Of a stretch of DNA of 64,000 nucleotides, positions 14,050 through 28,853 are shown one piece after another; within the stretch, counting starts at the first letter, position 1, and each line of letters opens with the position of its first letter. Below the pieces are notes generated by a model. It searched no databases. It was not told the DNA's origin and saw nothing but the letters and a program-made list of their open reading frames with translations. A program made the translations under genes and the position numbers. Source of the DNA: Octopus vulgaris (taxonomy: Eukaryota); NCBI GenBank assembly GCA_951406725.2, contig OX597817.1, positions 135,346,001 to 135,410,000 of the forward strand, given 5' to 3'.

Positions 14050-14200
14050 CTAGTATCTTTTATCTTTCACCTGTTTCAGTTATTGGACTGTGGCCAAGTT
14101 GGAGCACAACCTTGAAGAGTTTAGTCATCGATCTCTTTTCCAAAATCACTAAGTTACGGAGACGTAAATAAACCTACATCGGTTATCGAGCACTGGTGAG
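14050..14200 (-). mobile_element. SINE family B tail, diverged
   Basis: Similar to 57760-57930. Confidence 0.6.
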
Positions 14201-14383
14201 GACCTTCACTATTTTACAAAAATAGTGTCTTCAAAGCCACAAAATCTGCTATTTGGATCTTTGAAACCTTGTAAACCGATTTAAAAGTCAGTCATATTGC
14301 TCCTACGTTTAATTCTTAATTTTCTCTATTTTTGTATTCACCGGCGCAAATGTGAATTTTTGAGGATTTTTTATTATTATTAA

Positions 14384-14928
14384 CTAGCAGTATCGCCCGG
14401 CGTTGCTCGGGTTTATAAGGGAAATAACTATATAAGCATTTTTAGAGAGTTATAGCCAAAAAATAGCAAAAAAATGCATTAAAAATGGAAAAAAAATTAT
14501 GGTAATTTTTTTTTAAATCGTTGACTCGTAGACGTTTTTAGAGAGTTACTTCCCTTATATAATAGCGAAAAAATGCATTAAAATGGAAAAAAATGATGGT
14601 AAATTTTTTTTAAATCGTAGACTCATCGTAGACGCGCGCTAATACCCAGAAGAGCTCGATATGAATCACGACTATAAGATACCCGGGACATTTTTAGAGA
14701 GTTACTTCCCTTATATAATAGCGAAAAAATGCATTAAAATGGAAAAAATGATGGTAATTTTTTAAATCGTAGACTCATCGTAGACTCGCGCTAATACCCA
14801 GAAGAGCTCGATATGAATCATGACTATAAGATACCCGGTTTTGGTTAAACTGCACCGCAAAATGTGGGAGTAGTTAGGAATCTAAATCGTAGGAGACAGA
14901 CACACAACCTTACTTTTATATATAAAGA
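14384..14928 (-). mobile_element. Non-autonomous Helitron with an internal tandem duplication of about 155 bp
   Basis: Minus strand starts A|TCTTTATATATAAAA, ends with hairpin CCCGAGCAACGCCGGG then CTAG|T; no TSD; internal repeats about 14535-14686 and 14690-14837. Confidence 0.85.
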
Positions 14929-15299
14929 TATGTTACAAAGCATTATTACTATCTTTTAGAAGGAGAGAAGATTCGAAACATTAGCGTGAAAAAAAAAGGA
15001 CTATTTGCGTTTGTCTGTTGACTGGAAATAACTTTGATATAAAGATGGAAGACTGTGGTAGGAAATGTTACTTATCACCTGTACACCCACGTGATAAATA
15101 TACAATAAAGCTCTTTTATGACCGAAATAATAGAGAAAAAATATTAAACACTTTCTATTAAAATTACATTGTTTACAGATATTTAAACTTTTATGTTTGA
15201 TAATTTCATATTTATATTCGATAATATAATATTTATATTCGAAAATATCAGATTCTGTATAGGAATGGTATTAACAAATTTGATTTCCTAAGGTTTCCA

Positions 15300-15620
15300 A
15301 GCACGTTTTACAGCCACGTGCTTTCGAGTTCAGATCCACTACACGGCAGTGTCTTTTGCTATAGCCCTGACCAGGCCAAAGCCTTGTGAGGGAATTTTGT
15401 TGGCGGAAACTGTGAGGAGATCGTCATATAGGTGCATGTATCTCTATTTGTACTCCTTCCACCATTTGACAACCGGTGTTGGTTTATCATGTCCCTGTAA
15501 CCTAGCAGTTTAGCAAAAGATATCGATAGAACAAGTACTGGGCTTAAAGAAATCAGTATGGAATCGATTTGTTCGATTAGAACACATCAAGGTGGTTCCC
15601 CGAAATCCAATGATTGAAAT
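15300..15620 (+). mobile_element. SINE family B, diverged
   Basis: CCAAAGCCTTGTGAG, GACAACCGGTGTTGG and AAGTAC blocks shared with 40420-40835. Confidence 0.65.
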
Positions 15621-15844
15621 AAATATGAAAGGAAAAATAGCGTGTGACGTCATATCATCGATTATATTTTTGTTTTCTATAGGGGAACTAAACCTTAATA
15701 CAATCAGCAGCACTGGTGTTTCTTTTATTGTCCCCAGAAATCAATTGTGGTGAGATTTGATCTCAAAACTAGATTTATTATAATTCCTTGCTTATTTTAC
15801 AATCATTTCTGCCGTACAGCTTGTTTTATACTATTTTCTTATTA

Positions 15845-16062
15845 TTTGGCTTTAAATTTTAGCACAAGGCCAGCAGTTTCGGAGAAGGGAGCAAGTCGAT
15901 TACATCGATCCCAGAATCTGACTGGTACTTTATTTTACTCATCCCGAAAGGATGAAAGGCAAAGTCGATCTCAGAGGAATTTGAACTCAGAACGTAAAAA
16001 ACGGACGAAATGTCGCTAAGCATTGTGTCTGGCGAGCTAACGATTCCTGCCCCTCGCCGCCC
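15845..16062 (-). mobile_element. SINE family A
   Basis: Ends CTCGCCGCC; contains GAAAGGATGAAAGGCAAAGTCG. Confidence 0.85.
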
Positions 16063-16314
16063 AACAAATATTGACTACATTATTAACAAGAGACATTTAT
16101 ATATTGATGGTATGCTGCCTAGAGGTTATGGTGTTGCACTCGTCCTTGCGAGATCGTAATTTCGATTCCCAGCTGTTGCCGCGAAGTCCTGTTCGGAAGG
16201 AACGTTGAGATCTCAGATATTTATATGCCATGGAAAACGAGTAACAAGCTCTGTGAATCCTACTCGAGTCCCAGGACTCGAGGCAGTACTTACACGTATT
16301 CACACTACCACTCA

Positions 16315-16610
16315 GTCAGTTACGACAACAACTGTTCCAGTTGATCCGATCAACAGAACAGAAATAAACGTGCAAGTGGCTGGGTACTCCACCAACACAC
16401 GTACCCTTAACTTAGTTCTTATGGAGATGCAGCGTGGCACAGAATGTGACAAAGCTGGCCCCCTTTGAATTACAGGTACAACTCATTTCTGACAGCTGAG
16501 TAGACTGGAACAACATGAAATAAAAGGGTTTGCCAAGGGACTCAATGCGTCACCGGGAATCGAAATCCTCACCTTCCGATCGTGAGCCGAATATCCAAAC
16601 CACCATAGCA
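16315..16610 (-). mobile_element. tRNA-derived SINE, family C
   Basis: Homologous to 57330-57697 and 19985-20297. Confidence 0.75.
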
Positions 16611-17020
16611 ATAACCCGCCATATTATATCCTCTCATATTACGTACCAAATGTTATGAATAGATCACCGTTGTATAGCTAAAGGGTAACCCATGATATGA
16701 CGAGTAACTTTGGACGCAAACTTTTGCTATCAAGAAATACGACATAGATTTATTAGAATTGCATTTATATCAAATTTCTTGGGGTTTCTACAAAATGTCG
16801 AAAGACAAACAAATGTCGACAGGAACACTAATTATCAAAGGAATATTTTTTAACGTAAGATATAATTGAATAAAACAATATTCAAAAGACAAAACAGAAA
16901 TTACACTCCGTATTACTTTATATCATGGAATTTCAAAACACACACACACACATACACGCGTGCGCATAAGCCTTTCTTAATCTCTTTCTCTTACTTTCTC
17001 TATTTCACTCTTTCTCTCTC

Positions 17021-17105
<85 letters not shown>

Positions 17106-17485
17106 GTGTGTGTGTGCATATATATATATATATATATATTTTTAAATATATCTCCTTCTGTGTATATATATATATACTACCAAACAAGCATAATTTTTAT
17201 TGAACTCCTAATACATTATCGTTGAATACTTTCTTACATACTTTCTTGTAAACTGTTTTGAAAATGTTCTTATTATTATCAAAGACTGTATATCTGTATT
17301 TTAATACTTTAGTGATAACCAGTACTTAACACAACACAGCTTATACAAAGCTTTACATTTTACTTTTGACAATTTTTTCTAAAAAAGTGAAACCGGTCAA
17401 GTGAATAAACATCTTTAAAATTGCATTTTCAAACCTTCTTTCATATATATTTCCATTCGTGCGGTATCTTACAACTTTACTTTGT

Positions 17486-17513
<28 letters not shown>

Positions 17514-17517
<4 letters not shown>

Positions 17518-17730
17518 TATACTTTATTTAAAAGTAGCAGCAGAAATATAACAAAAGCTGTTACTCAGAGTTTCACGTTCCCGTTCACAGACGACGGGAG
17601 GGGGAACGTGAAACTCTGAGTAACAGCTTTTGTTATATTTCTGCTGCTTTTAAATAAAGCATATTACTCTACCTCTGGTAACTGAGTACTCTTTTTACCA
17701 CTTTGTTTCACATTTATGTGCTTACTCCGG
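17514..17730 (+). mobile_element. (TA)n-embedded fold-back element with hammerhead 3' half
   Basis: Perfect 46-bp inverted repeat 17537-17582 / 17602-17647; cgt-GAAAC-TCTGA-GTA-acag at 17607-17626. Confidence 0.7.
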
Positions 17731-17837
17731 TATATATACATATATATATAGTTAGTTAGTTAAAATTTACTATATTCGGTTAATCTTCACTTGGTAAATC
17801 CTAGTGTCCTTCTGAGGACTGCATAGTTTCCGTAGAG

Positions 17838-18892
17838 AAAATAATGAAATTAATGAAGATGAGTGGAAAAGGGATTTGCACATCCAAGCTTCTTTATGCA
17901 GTTATTTACATCGTTCTTCACTTAGACCTACGCGCGTCCCCGCTGAGGGCCGCTGCACACTGTTAAGTGTGCATCGTTTAAGGATAAAAAAGAAACATAA
18001 TAGGAGTCTTAAGTAAATTTATTTGATCACTAAACGATAACAATAAAGCCTGCACAATTAACTGGAAGATAATTAGTAGAACTAAACCGTACTGCAGAGG
18101 AAGCAAACGTTGTGTATTGTGTATCGAAGAAATTTACCAAATCCTTACCTCAAGATTTAAATTGATAAACCATAGACAGGAAAGTGCAAAAAGATGTGTT
18201 CATGCATTTAAATATACTTTTGAGAAGTTTAAGTAAATATAGTAGACGAACTACTGAAATTAGAATTAGAATTAATTCAATTATAACAAATAAAAAACCT
18301 GAGTTAAATGTAAACCACTACAAAAATAAACTATATAAAATTTTAAGAGTTGAAAACCAAGTTTAAGTCGGATAAAATTAACTGTAAGCAAGACATTAAA
18401 TTAATTTCAACATAACAAGAAAATTATAGACACATATATTAATAATTTTAAAATAACAAAAAACCGAAAATTTATTGAATACCTTTAGAAAAAATGGGAA
18501 TACTATTCTAAATTAGTAGAATGATTATCTAGGATATGAATTAGGAACACACAGGAACATTGACCTACTTTAAGACCAAACATGGCAATAAATACCAAAC
18601 AAGCCGGGGTAAACTACAGGTCACGAGATATATGACTATAGTAACGCTAACACCTCATAATGGAATAATTTCGGTCAATCGCATAGTCTCTTCAGATGAT
18701 ATCTGAACAGCAGAAATGAACGCCCCTGATGAAGTTGCACTGATAATTAACACCAAGATTCACACTTACCAGTGTGCAGTGGCTTGCAGTGGAAACGCGC
18801 GTAGGTCTAAGTGAAGAACGATGTTAATAACTGTATAATAAAACTTAGATGTGCAAATCTTCGATCTCTTGATTTTCATTAATTTCATAATA
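17838..18892 (+). mobile_element. 5'-truncated Penelope-like element: GIY-YIG C-terminus, 3' non-coding region with hammerhead, 5' inverted copy of the 3' end
   Basis: About 17975-18225 reads LSKFI*SLNDNNKACTINWKIISRTKPYCRGSKRCVLCIEEIYQIL...LINHRQESAKRCVH. Inverted repeat about 17838-17970 / 18761-18890. Confidence 0.85.
18724..18805 (+). ncRNA. Minimal type I hammerhead ribozyme motif of the PLE
   Basis: cc-CTGATGA-a-gttgca...tgcagt-g-GAAAC-GCGC-GTA-gg; palindromic GCGC loop, GUA triplet, short stem I. Confidence 0.7.
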
Positions 18893-18921
18893 TATACATA
18901 CATGCATACATACACAGAGAG

Positions 18922-19212
18922 AAAAGAAGAAGAAGAAGAAGAAGAAGAAGAAGAAGAAGAAGAAGAAGAAGAAGAAGAAGAAGAAGAAGAAGAAGAAAAA
19001 GAACAAGAACAAGAAGAAGAAAAAGAAGAAGAAGAAGAAGAAGAAGAAGAAGAAGAAGAAGAAGAAGAAGAAGAAGAAGAAGAAGAAGAAGAAGAAGAAG
19101 AACAAGAACAAGAAGAAGAACAACAACAACAAAAAACAATAACAACAACAACAACAGCAACAAACAACGATGTTGACGACGACGTCGTTGCGAACGGCAA
19201 CAACAACAATAA
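18922..19212. repeat. (GAA)n then (CAA)n microsatellite
   Basis: Direct reading. Confidence 0.96.
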
Positions 19213-19984
19213 CGTCTTGAATATTTACACTGCTCCTCACCTTGCTGTTTATCCAAACAGTTCAAGAAAGGAAGCAGCGTGACAATATATAAGCAAAAAT
19301 ATTTGTAAACTCATCGAAATATAATTAATCATTTACGGTTGATTACTTCAAAAACCGTTAGTAATGTTTCGCTCATTTGTCTATTCAATTTTTATGCGCA
19401 AAATATATGATGCAATCATCTACTTATACACAAAGGCGTTTGATATTTTCATATTTTCTGTATCATATGTATAAAGCACACAAACGCAAATAAGATGGCT
19501 GTTTTAAAACAGTATTTTTATTGATGAAAAACTAAATGACATTTTCCCAATATGTAACCATCTTTCCGAATATAGCAAATGTTCTATGTAGGAAATAAAC
19601 TTTTGAAGATAATTGTTATTAGGAAATTCCTCAAAAAATATAGATAGAGGTTTCTATAAGGGTTTACAAATTTTGATCTTTAGTTCTAAAGCACAAAGAG
19701 CTGCAATAGAATGTTATACTTCTTAAACGTCGCATATTCCGGAATCGTTTATAAAAGACGCGAATCCTACAATGGACCAATCGATTTATCTTTTCTTTTT
19801 ACTATTATCATACTTTAGAATCCAAATATATTTGGACAGTGAGGATAGTGAGATGTCAATCTGAATATTTGAACTCGCTTGAACGTGTGTGTGTGTGTAT
19901 ATATATGTGTGCATGTGTATATGTGTGCGTGTGTATATGTGTGCTTGTGCGCGCGCGCTTGCATGCATGCGTGTGATACGAAAT

Positions 19985-20297
19985 GCACGTGGTTTAGTGG
20001 TTTTGGGTATTCGGATCACGATGATGACGTTGTGAGTTCGATTCCCAGCAACGCATTGTGTCCTTGATGCATGACATTTCATTTCACGCTGCTTCAATCA
20101 ACCCCGGTTAGCAAAAATTAGTTGTACCTGTATTTCAAAGGACCAACCTTGCTACATTCTGTGTCACGCTGAATCTCCCTAAGAACGATGTTAAGGGTGA
20201 GTAATGCTCAGCCACTTGCACGTTGATTTCACGAGCAGGTTGTTCCATTGATGGGATCAACTGAAACACTCGTCGTCGTAACCGACGGAGTGCCAGT
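19985..20297 (+). mobile_element. SINE family C
   Basis: TGGTTTAGTGG...GAGTTCGATTCCC head; tail CTCGTCGTCGTAACCGACGGAGTGCC. Confidence 0.8.
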
Positions 20298-20752
20298 TAT
20301 GAAATGATAATACAAGACAATACAAATAATAAGATATTTCTTCAAACTCCTTATCGGATTCTTTCTTCTATTTGGAAAGGAAAACTTTTCCCGAAATATT
20401 AGAGGATCAATGAATAAATATTTTATTAAATGCCTTACCTACATTGCTCAAGCATTTTTGAAAACATCTCATTTGCACACATTGCAACACTTTAAGCAAA
20501 TTGCAATATTCTCCTACAATATCTGCTTTCAGTAGTCCCGGCGTAACATTTAGTTTGTCCCTTATCTGCAAGAATTATTTGCACGATGAACTAATGCATT
20601 TGAAAGAAGGATTTGGCTGACAAGGTAGTGTTTGGGCATATGGCAATTACATAACAGAGACAAAATCAATTTAATCCTACTGGATTGATTTCTTCCGTGT
20701 GTACTGGTTACAAGAGAAACAAAATTTTGTGTCCAACTGTAGATTCAGCTTC

Positions 20753-20808
<56 letters not shown>

Positions 20809-21379
20809 ACTTTGTGTTGTGAGTGCTTTTCCTTGATTATATAGACATATATACACACATAACACATATAAAAAGATACAAAAACTATATATTCTTATAA
20901 ATATACATAAACATGAAGATGTGTGTGTACATATACATAATACATATATATAGAGAGACACATATTTGTATACATTTCAATACGACGTGTAATACCTTTC
21001 ATATCAAATAAAACTCTATAGCAATGTGACGTGTGAAGTATATCTTTCTATAGATATGTATGTATATATGTGTGTGTATGTGTGTTTGTATATATATATA
21101 TATATATATATATATGTCTGTATGTATATGCATGAATGTATGTATCTGTATGTATGTATGCATATCTTGACATAATTCGCTCGCATCACATAATAACATA
21201 ATAACTACGTATCACCAATTGTCACGCTGCCTAACAAAGTAAATGCGAAGATATATATGCGTAATTCATTATATAACCAAGGTATCTATATTATCTATAT
21301 CGATATATATACACCCTCTACAAAAATATAGCTGTGATCTAATACATTCCAAACATTTGTTATTTTTCACACCCACACT

Positions 21380-21396
21380 TATACATACACACACAC

Positions 21397-21443
<47 letters not shown>

Positions 21444-21449
21444 CACATA

Positions 21450-21485
<36 letters not shown>

Positions 21486-21744
21486 TGTATGTATGTATGT
21501 ATGTATGTATGTATGTATTATGTATGTATATATACATATGAGTGTGTGAGTGTATGTGTGTGTGTATGCGCGTGCGTGTGTGTGTGTGTGTATACATCAA
21601 TTTTATCTTTCAATTCGTGGTATAGAATTTTATTGTAAAGCTGACAGGCATGTTGTTAAATATGTTTCCTTAATGGGCTGATTCGAAGCGTAATCGATAC
21701 ACGCTGCTATTTTACCAAAAACTCACGTTCACACATATGTATAA

Positions 21745-21796
<52 letters not shown>

Positions 21797-21900
21797 GCAT
21801 ATATATATGCGTGTATATATATGTATATATATATGTACGTATATACACACACTCATACATACATACATACATACATACATACATACATACATACATACAT

Positions 21901-21943
<43 letters not shown>

Positions 21944-22341
21944 TAAACAAATAGATAGCTATTTAGATAGGGAAATACTTACCTGCATGTGCAAATAACT
22001 ATGTGTGTGTGTGTGCGTGTGTGTGTGTGTACATATATATGCAGAAACACACATGTGCATGGATGTGTATATTTTCAGTAAACTTACCAAATATTTTAGA
22101 AAGAGAAAACAACTAGAAAACACTGTGTTTATTTCTTTTATATATTTTAATGTTTTCTGGGGTTTTTTTTTAATATGTTTTTGTCCTTTTATTTCGTTTT
22201 CTAAAATAAGATGGCAAATCTGGCGATGCTTTGTAGCTCTCGACTAGCTTTAACAATGAAAATTCAAGATATATACACACGAGAGAATACATGCATATAT
22301 TCATATATCCACAATCACACTAACACATACACACTCACACG

Positions 22342-22379
<38 letters not shown>

Positions 22380-22425
22380 CACACACATATATTTTTATGT
22401 GTGTATATATAAATACATATGCACG

Positions 22426-22457
<32 letters not shown>

Positions 22458-22703
22458 CACACACATGTGTATATATATATATATATATATAACACTTTTG
22501 TGAATGTATTAAATCTGCAGGTGTCCCTATACAAGCACATGTATATATTAGTGAGTGTGTATGTATGTATATATATATATATATAATACATTCACAAATA
22601 TATATATATATATATATATGTATGCATGTATGTATGTCTGTATGTATGTGAATGTATGAATTTTTTCGTTACTATTTTCTGCTCGTGAGCCGTGAGCCTA
22701 TGC

Positions 22704-22739
<36 letters not shown>

Positions 22740-22822
22740 ATATACATATATACATACATATATATATACATTCATACATATATATATATATTCATACATA
22801 TATATATATATGTATATATATA

Positions 22823-22870
<48 letters not shown>

Positions 22871-22930
22871 TACATACATATATATATATATATACATTCA
22901 TACATATATATATATATATAAACACATGCA
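21380..22930. repeat. Cluster of (TA)n/(TATG)n/(CA)n microsatellites
   Basis: Direct reading; short unique spacers between tracts. Confidence 0.9.
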
Positions 22931-23028
22931 CACACTATACACTCATAGATGTGAAAATACAATATAATGGAATAAATTAAGATACAATAAAATCAATATC
23001 TAAAAGTTAGGTAAGCTGCTGCTGCTGC

Positions 23029-23065
<37 letters not shown>

Positions 23066-23498
23066 GCTGCTGCCGTTGCTGTCGCTACAACTAAAGACCA
23101 AAAATACACAAACGAAAACTGTGAAATTCCGAGGGATTCGAATGTGAAAAGAGTAAAAGATATGCAATGGCAACAGAACAATGGGCGCGCAATAAAAAAC
23201 AGCATCCACACTGCCACTCACAATGTATACGTGTGCGTGCGTGCGTGTATGTGTGTGTATGTGTTTGTGAGTGTGCGTGCGTGCGTGTGTGTGTGTGCGT
23301 GTATGTGTTTGTGGGTGTGGGTGTGTGTGTGTATACAGCCACATGTAATGTTTCTAACAAGCACATGAACATACACAGTGAGCGAGATGCTTTCTTGGAT
23401 CTCTCTCTCATCAATAACTTATTAGAAAAAGGTACACTCTCTTCTTTTTTTTTCTTCCTATAGCCTTCTCTTCTTTTTCTCGTTCCATTCATATATAC

Positions 23499-24230
<732 letters not shown>

Positions 24231-24384
24231 ATATAGAAGGAGAGGGAGAAAAGGGAGAGAAAATAAGTGAGAGAGGGGAATGAGTGAGAGAGAGGGAAAA
24301 TACATGGATAGATATAGGTAGATAGATATTCTTACAAATATATGTGTACATGTATGTATATATGTATGTGTGTATATTTGTGCG

Positions 24385-24580
24385 TCTGTCTTTGTCCCCC
24401 CAACAACGCTTGACAACCGATGCTGGTGTGTTTATGTCCCCGTAACTTAGTAGTTCGGCAAAAGGGACCGATAGAATAAGTACTAGGCTTACAAAGAATA
24501 AGTTCTGGGGTCGATTTGTTCGACTATAGGCGGTGCTCCAGCATGGCCACTGTCAATCGACTGAAACAAATAAAAGAATA
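24385..24580 (+). mobile_element. SINE family B, 3' part
   Basis: CGCTTGACAACCGATGCTGG...GCTCCAGCATGGCC...GACTGAAACAAATAAAAGAATA. Confidence 0.85.
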
Positions 24581-24899
24581 TATATATATATAGATATATA
24601 TATACACACACATATATATATATACACACATACATATATATATATATACACATATACATACATGTATATCTCTATACATGCAGATCTGTACACAGGCATA
24701 TACACACAGACACTTTCGCGTAAAATATTATATTATATTAAATATAGAGATCATATTAGGCGCACTTGTTAATATTCTTAATTATATATATATATATTTA
24801 ACAAAAAAAAACGGTGGAAAAAGGCAACAAAAAACAACAACGTGAGGACGTGGCACATGCAAAGTATTAATATGACGCTCAATGAAGGAAAGAAAGAGT

Positions 24900-24935
24900 G
24901 TTTTACGTTTCGAGAAAAAGCTCTTCTTCAGAAAC
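24900..24935 (-). ncRNA. Minimal type I hammerhead ribozyme motif
   Basis: Minus strand gttt-CTGAAGA-a-gag-cttttt-ctc-GAAAC-GTA-aaac, inside a (TA)n-flanked element at about 24800-25020. Confidence 0.78.
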
Positions 24936-25019
24936 ATGAGACAGAGGAAAGTCCAAGAGAAAAGGAAGACGGAGGCAAAAAAATCGCCAGTAGTCAACAT
25001 GTAGTTACATTTTGGAAAG

Positions 25020-25054
<35 letters not shown>

Positions 25055-25060
<6 letters not shown>

Positions 25061-25395
25061 AAATATTAGAATAAATCGAGGGAAAAATCAGATTTAGGAT
25101 TGAATCCAATTTTATAGTAAAATATTATATTATATTAAATTAGAGATAAAACCAGGCAAATCATACAATGAAAAACTTAAGAATACATAAGATTAATTAA
25201 TTTATATTATTTAAATATATATCAAAATTATTAAAAAGATAATCAGTATAACACTACGATCGTTTCATGGCTGTCCAATTCTTAAAATTTCGAGTTATCT
25301 TTTTTAATAATTTTGATATATATTTAAATAATATAAATTAATTAATCTTATGTATTTCATTGTATGATTTGCCTAATAGTGGTTTTATCTCTAAT

Positions 25396-25403
<8 letters not shown>
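25055..25403 (-). mobile_element. (TA)n-embedded fold-back element with hammerhead 3' half
   Basis: Inverted arms about 25132-25242 / 25295-25401; minus strand GAAAC-GATC-GTA-gtg at 25252-25266. Confidence 0.7.
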
Positions 25404-25470
<67 letters not shown>

Positions 25471-25534
25471 TATCAAAATACATGCACACATTCTCTCTAC
25501 AGGCATATACATAAATAGATACATACATACATAC

Positions 25535-25565
<31 letters not shown>

Positions 25566-25690
25566 CATGCACAATCGTACTGTCTCGCGCGCACATCCGC
25601 ACGCGCAGACATACACGCATTTTCACGTACAACTTGATGCTACTGGAAAGATGGGTCTCGACCTGATGAGCCTTGGCTTCCATTTCTTTG

Positions 25691-25716
25691 AGTAGTATTA
25701 TTATTATTATTATTAT

Positions 25717-25811
<95 letters not shown>
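25691..25811. repeat. (TAT)n(TAG)n microsatellite
   Basis: Direct reading. Confidence 0.95.
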
Positions 25812-26285
25812 TGCTAATGAATGCTAATTTAGTTGGCAAGTATCTTGAGTTTTGGTTTCCTCAAATCTCAAGAATTTTTCTTGGAATTCTTGCAGAATAT
25901 GGGATGGTACTTTTCTGCAAGTCAACAATGGAAGTTTCATTTCTACTTCTTTTAGTCTTTCAAGTATCATTTTCTGTTTTGTGCCAAGTGCACCAATTAC
26001 TACTGGAATAATTGTTGTCTCGGTCTTCCACAGTCTCCTGTTCCCTGGCTGGATCCTGATACTCCTCATTTCTTTTAATTTCTTTGGTATTGACTCTGAT
26101 ATGGAATTACAAAATCTGTTATCTTACACTGTTTGTTTATTTTGTCCTCTACAATCATATCCGGTCTTCTTGCTTCAGTTGCGTGAGTCAGTCTTTATAG
26201 CGAAGTCCCACAAGATCTAATTCTCATTTTCTATCAGAGCCTCTGGTTCGTATTCATACTATTTTTCTGTGATTTTGAACTCGGC
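25812..26285 (-). mobile_element. RLE LINE 3' fragment, frameshifted
   Basis: ILWDF...RRLWKTETTIIPVVIGALGT; 3' end abuts the microsatellite. Confidence 0.75.
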
Positions 26286-26299
26286 TAACATCCCAATGC

Positions 26300-28629
26300 A
26301 CTCTTTTCCTCAAGGAAAAAATAGGAAGGAGCAAATGTGTAGAAAGAAATTAAAAAGTAAATTGAAGGCTTTAACACAAGATCTGAATAGAATAGAAGCC
26401 TGGAAATTGAACAAGCGCAAGATTTAATTCTTCTCTTGGGACAAAATACTTTGTCAAAGAGAAGAGATTTGGAATAGTCATGGAAGAGTTGAAACAGCGT
26501 ATCACAGCAATTGCAGGTAAGCTTTCCAGATATCAGAAAAGAATAGATCAGTATCAACAGAATAGATTGTTTGAGACAGACCAGATGAGATTTTATAGCC
26601 AAATAAATAGTGTAGAAGGAAGTATTGAAGATGCGAAGCCTAATGCAGAAGAAGCTAGAAAGTCCTTGGGTAATATTTCGGATAATCCAATCAACTATAA
26701 TGGAGTTGCAGCATGGTTAAAGAAAGTGAGGGAAGAAGTAGTGAGTGAGAAGCAGCCAGATCTAAGACAAACTAGAGTATTAATGATAAAGTGTTAGGAA
26801 GAATGCTGAATTGGAAGGGCCCAGGATCAGGACCAGATTTAGTTCAAGAGTACTCGTTAAAGAGTACCTAGTAGTTTGCATGGGTGACAGAGGAAACAAC
26901 TTCAGGGTTGCCTGAATGGAGGAGTAATACCAGATTGGATGACTAGATGGTATAGTACTCCTTATGAAATACAAAAGTAAGGGCAATATAGTAATTATAG
27001 ACCAATCCCTTGTTTACCATTAGTGTGGGAGCTGTGAACAGGAATGCTTTCAGAAAGCATCTACGAGCATTTTAACAGCCAGAATTTGCTGCCAGAAGAA
27101 CAAAAAGATTGCAGGAAGAAGACTAGATGAACGTATAATCTATTATACAGAGACAGAGCAGTTCCAATATGAAGTGAAATCTAGAAAGAAGAATGTAATG
27201 ATAGCCTGAATAGCCTGAATAGATTATTATAAGAAATCCTATGACATGATTTCACACTATTGGATAAGTGAAAGTTTGAGTATAGCCAGTATTGCAGACA
27301 ACATAAGAGAGTTAATTAGCTTTAGCATGATGACATGGAAAGTAGATATCTACTCAGGTGACACACTCAAAGGGAAAGTTAATATCAAAAGAGGAATTTT
27401 CCAATGTGCCTCTTTATCCCCTTTAATATTTGTGATATTCTATGTATTAAGAAAGGCAAAGGCAGGGTATCAGTTTAGAGATAGTAAAGGAAAAATTAAC
27501 CATTTGCTCTACATTTATCATCTGAAACTTCTTAGTAAGAATATAAAAGAGATAGGTTCTTTAATACAAACTGTAACACTCTTCAGAGAAGATATAGGTA
27601 AGTAATTTGGCATAGATAAACGTGCGATATTAGTCATAAAAAAGGAACAGGTAGTAAGCAGTGAAGGGATCCAATTATCAGATGGCCAGACATTAAGATC
27701 ACTGAAAGACGAGTAAATTATTTTGGGATATTAGAATCTGACAGAGTACTAACTATAGAAATGAAAGCGAAAATCGTGAAGGAGTGCATCGGAAGGTTGT
27801 GGAAGCTAATGAAGTCAAAGCTAAATGACCCGAATTTAGTAAAGGCTGCAAATACTTGGGCAGTATCATTATTTAGATACTCATCAGTTTTTGTAGATTG
27901 GACAAAAGCTGAATTATGAAATCTGAACAGAAGAATTTGGAAGGAATTTAATATGAATGGAGGACTTCGCCCAAGGGTAGGAGTATCAAGATTATACTCA
28001 CCTAGAAAGCAAAGTAGTAGAGATATAATATCCGTAGAAGAGTACCTGGAGTTAGATAGAGAAGGTAAAGGCTCCTATATAGGTAATAGTGAAGGTTTAT
28101 TAAGAGCCTCTAGTGTTACAGTAGGAGACAGGGAAACCAAAAGCCAAATGAAGTTAAAACCAGGAAAAAAAAAAGAAGAAAAAAGAAGAAAGATTATCTG
28201 ACTGACAATCAGATTTCCAAAGATCGTGGAAGAAAATAGTAATAGTGAGACATGGTTGCAGAAAGGATGGCTGAAAGGAAAGACAGAAAGTTTGTTAGTA
28301 GCAGCACAAAATCAAGCATTGAGGACTAATTGGATAAAAGCCACGATAGACAAAAACCAGGTAGATTTCCAATGTCAGTTATGTAAATCAAAAGAGGAAA
28401 GCGTTACTCATATAGTTTGTGAATGTAGCATGCCGGCACAGGATTAATACAAGACATGACAACTTAGGGAGAGTAATCCACCGGCAATTACATAATAAGC
28501 TAGGATTTGAACATACTGATAAACGGTATGAACATTAACCTAGCAAAGTGCTAGAAAATAAGAAATATAAGCTATTGTGGGACTTTAACATTCAGACTGA
28601 CAGAGTAATAGAAGCTAGAACGCCTGATT

Positions 28630-28681
<52 letters not shown>

Positions 28682-28702
28682 GGTGGTGGTGGTGGTGATG
28701 AT

Positions 28703-28757
<55 letters not shown>

Positions 28758-28767
28758 CAGTAGCAGC

Positions 28768-28853
<86 letters not shown>

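Noticed and set aside
25640-25682. GAAA...GTC...CTGATGA-GCC-TT-GGC as a permuted hammerhead
   Set aside because: Stem I and III pairings cannot be formed
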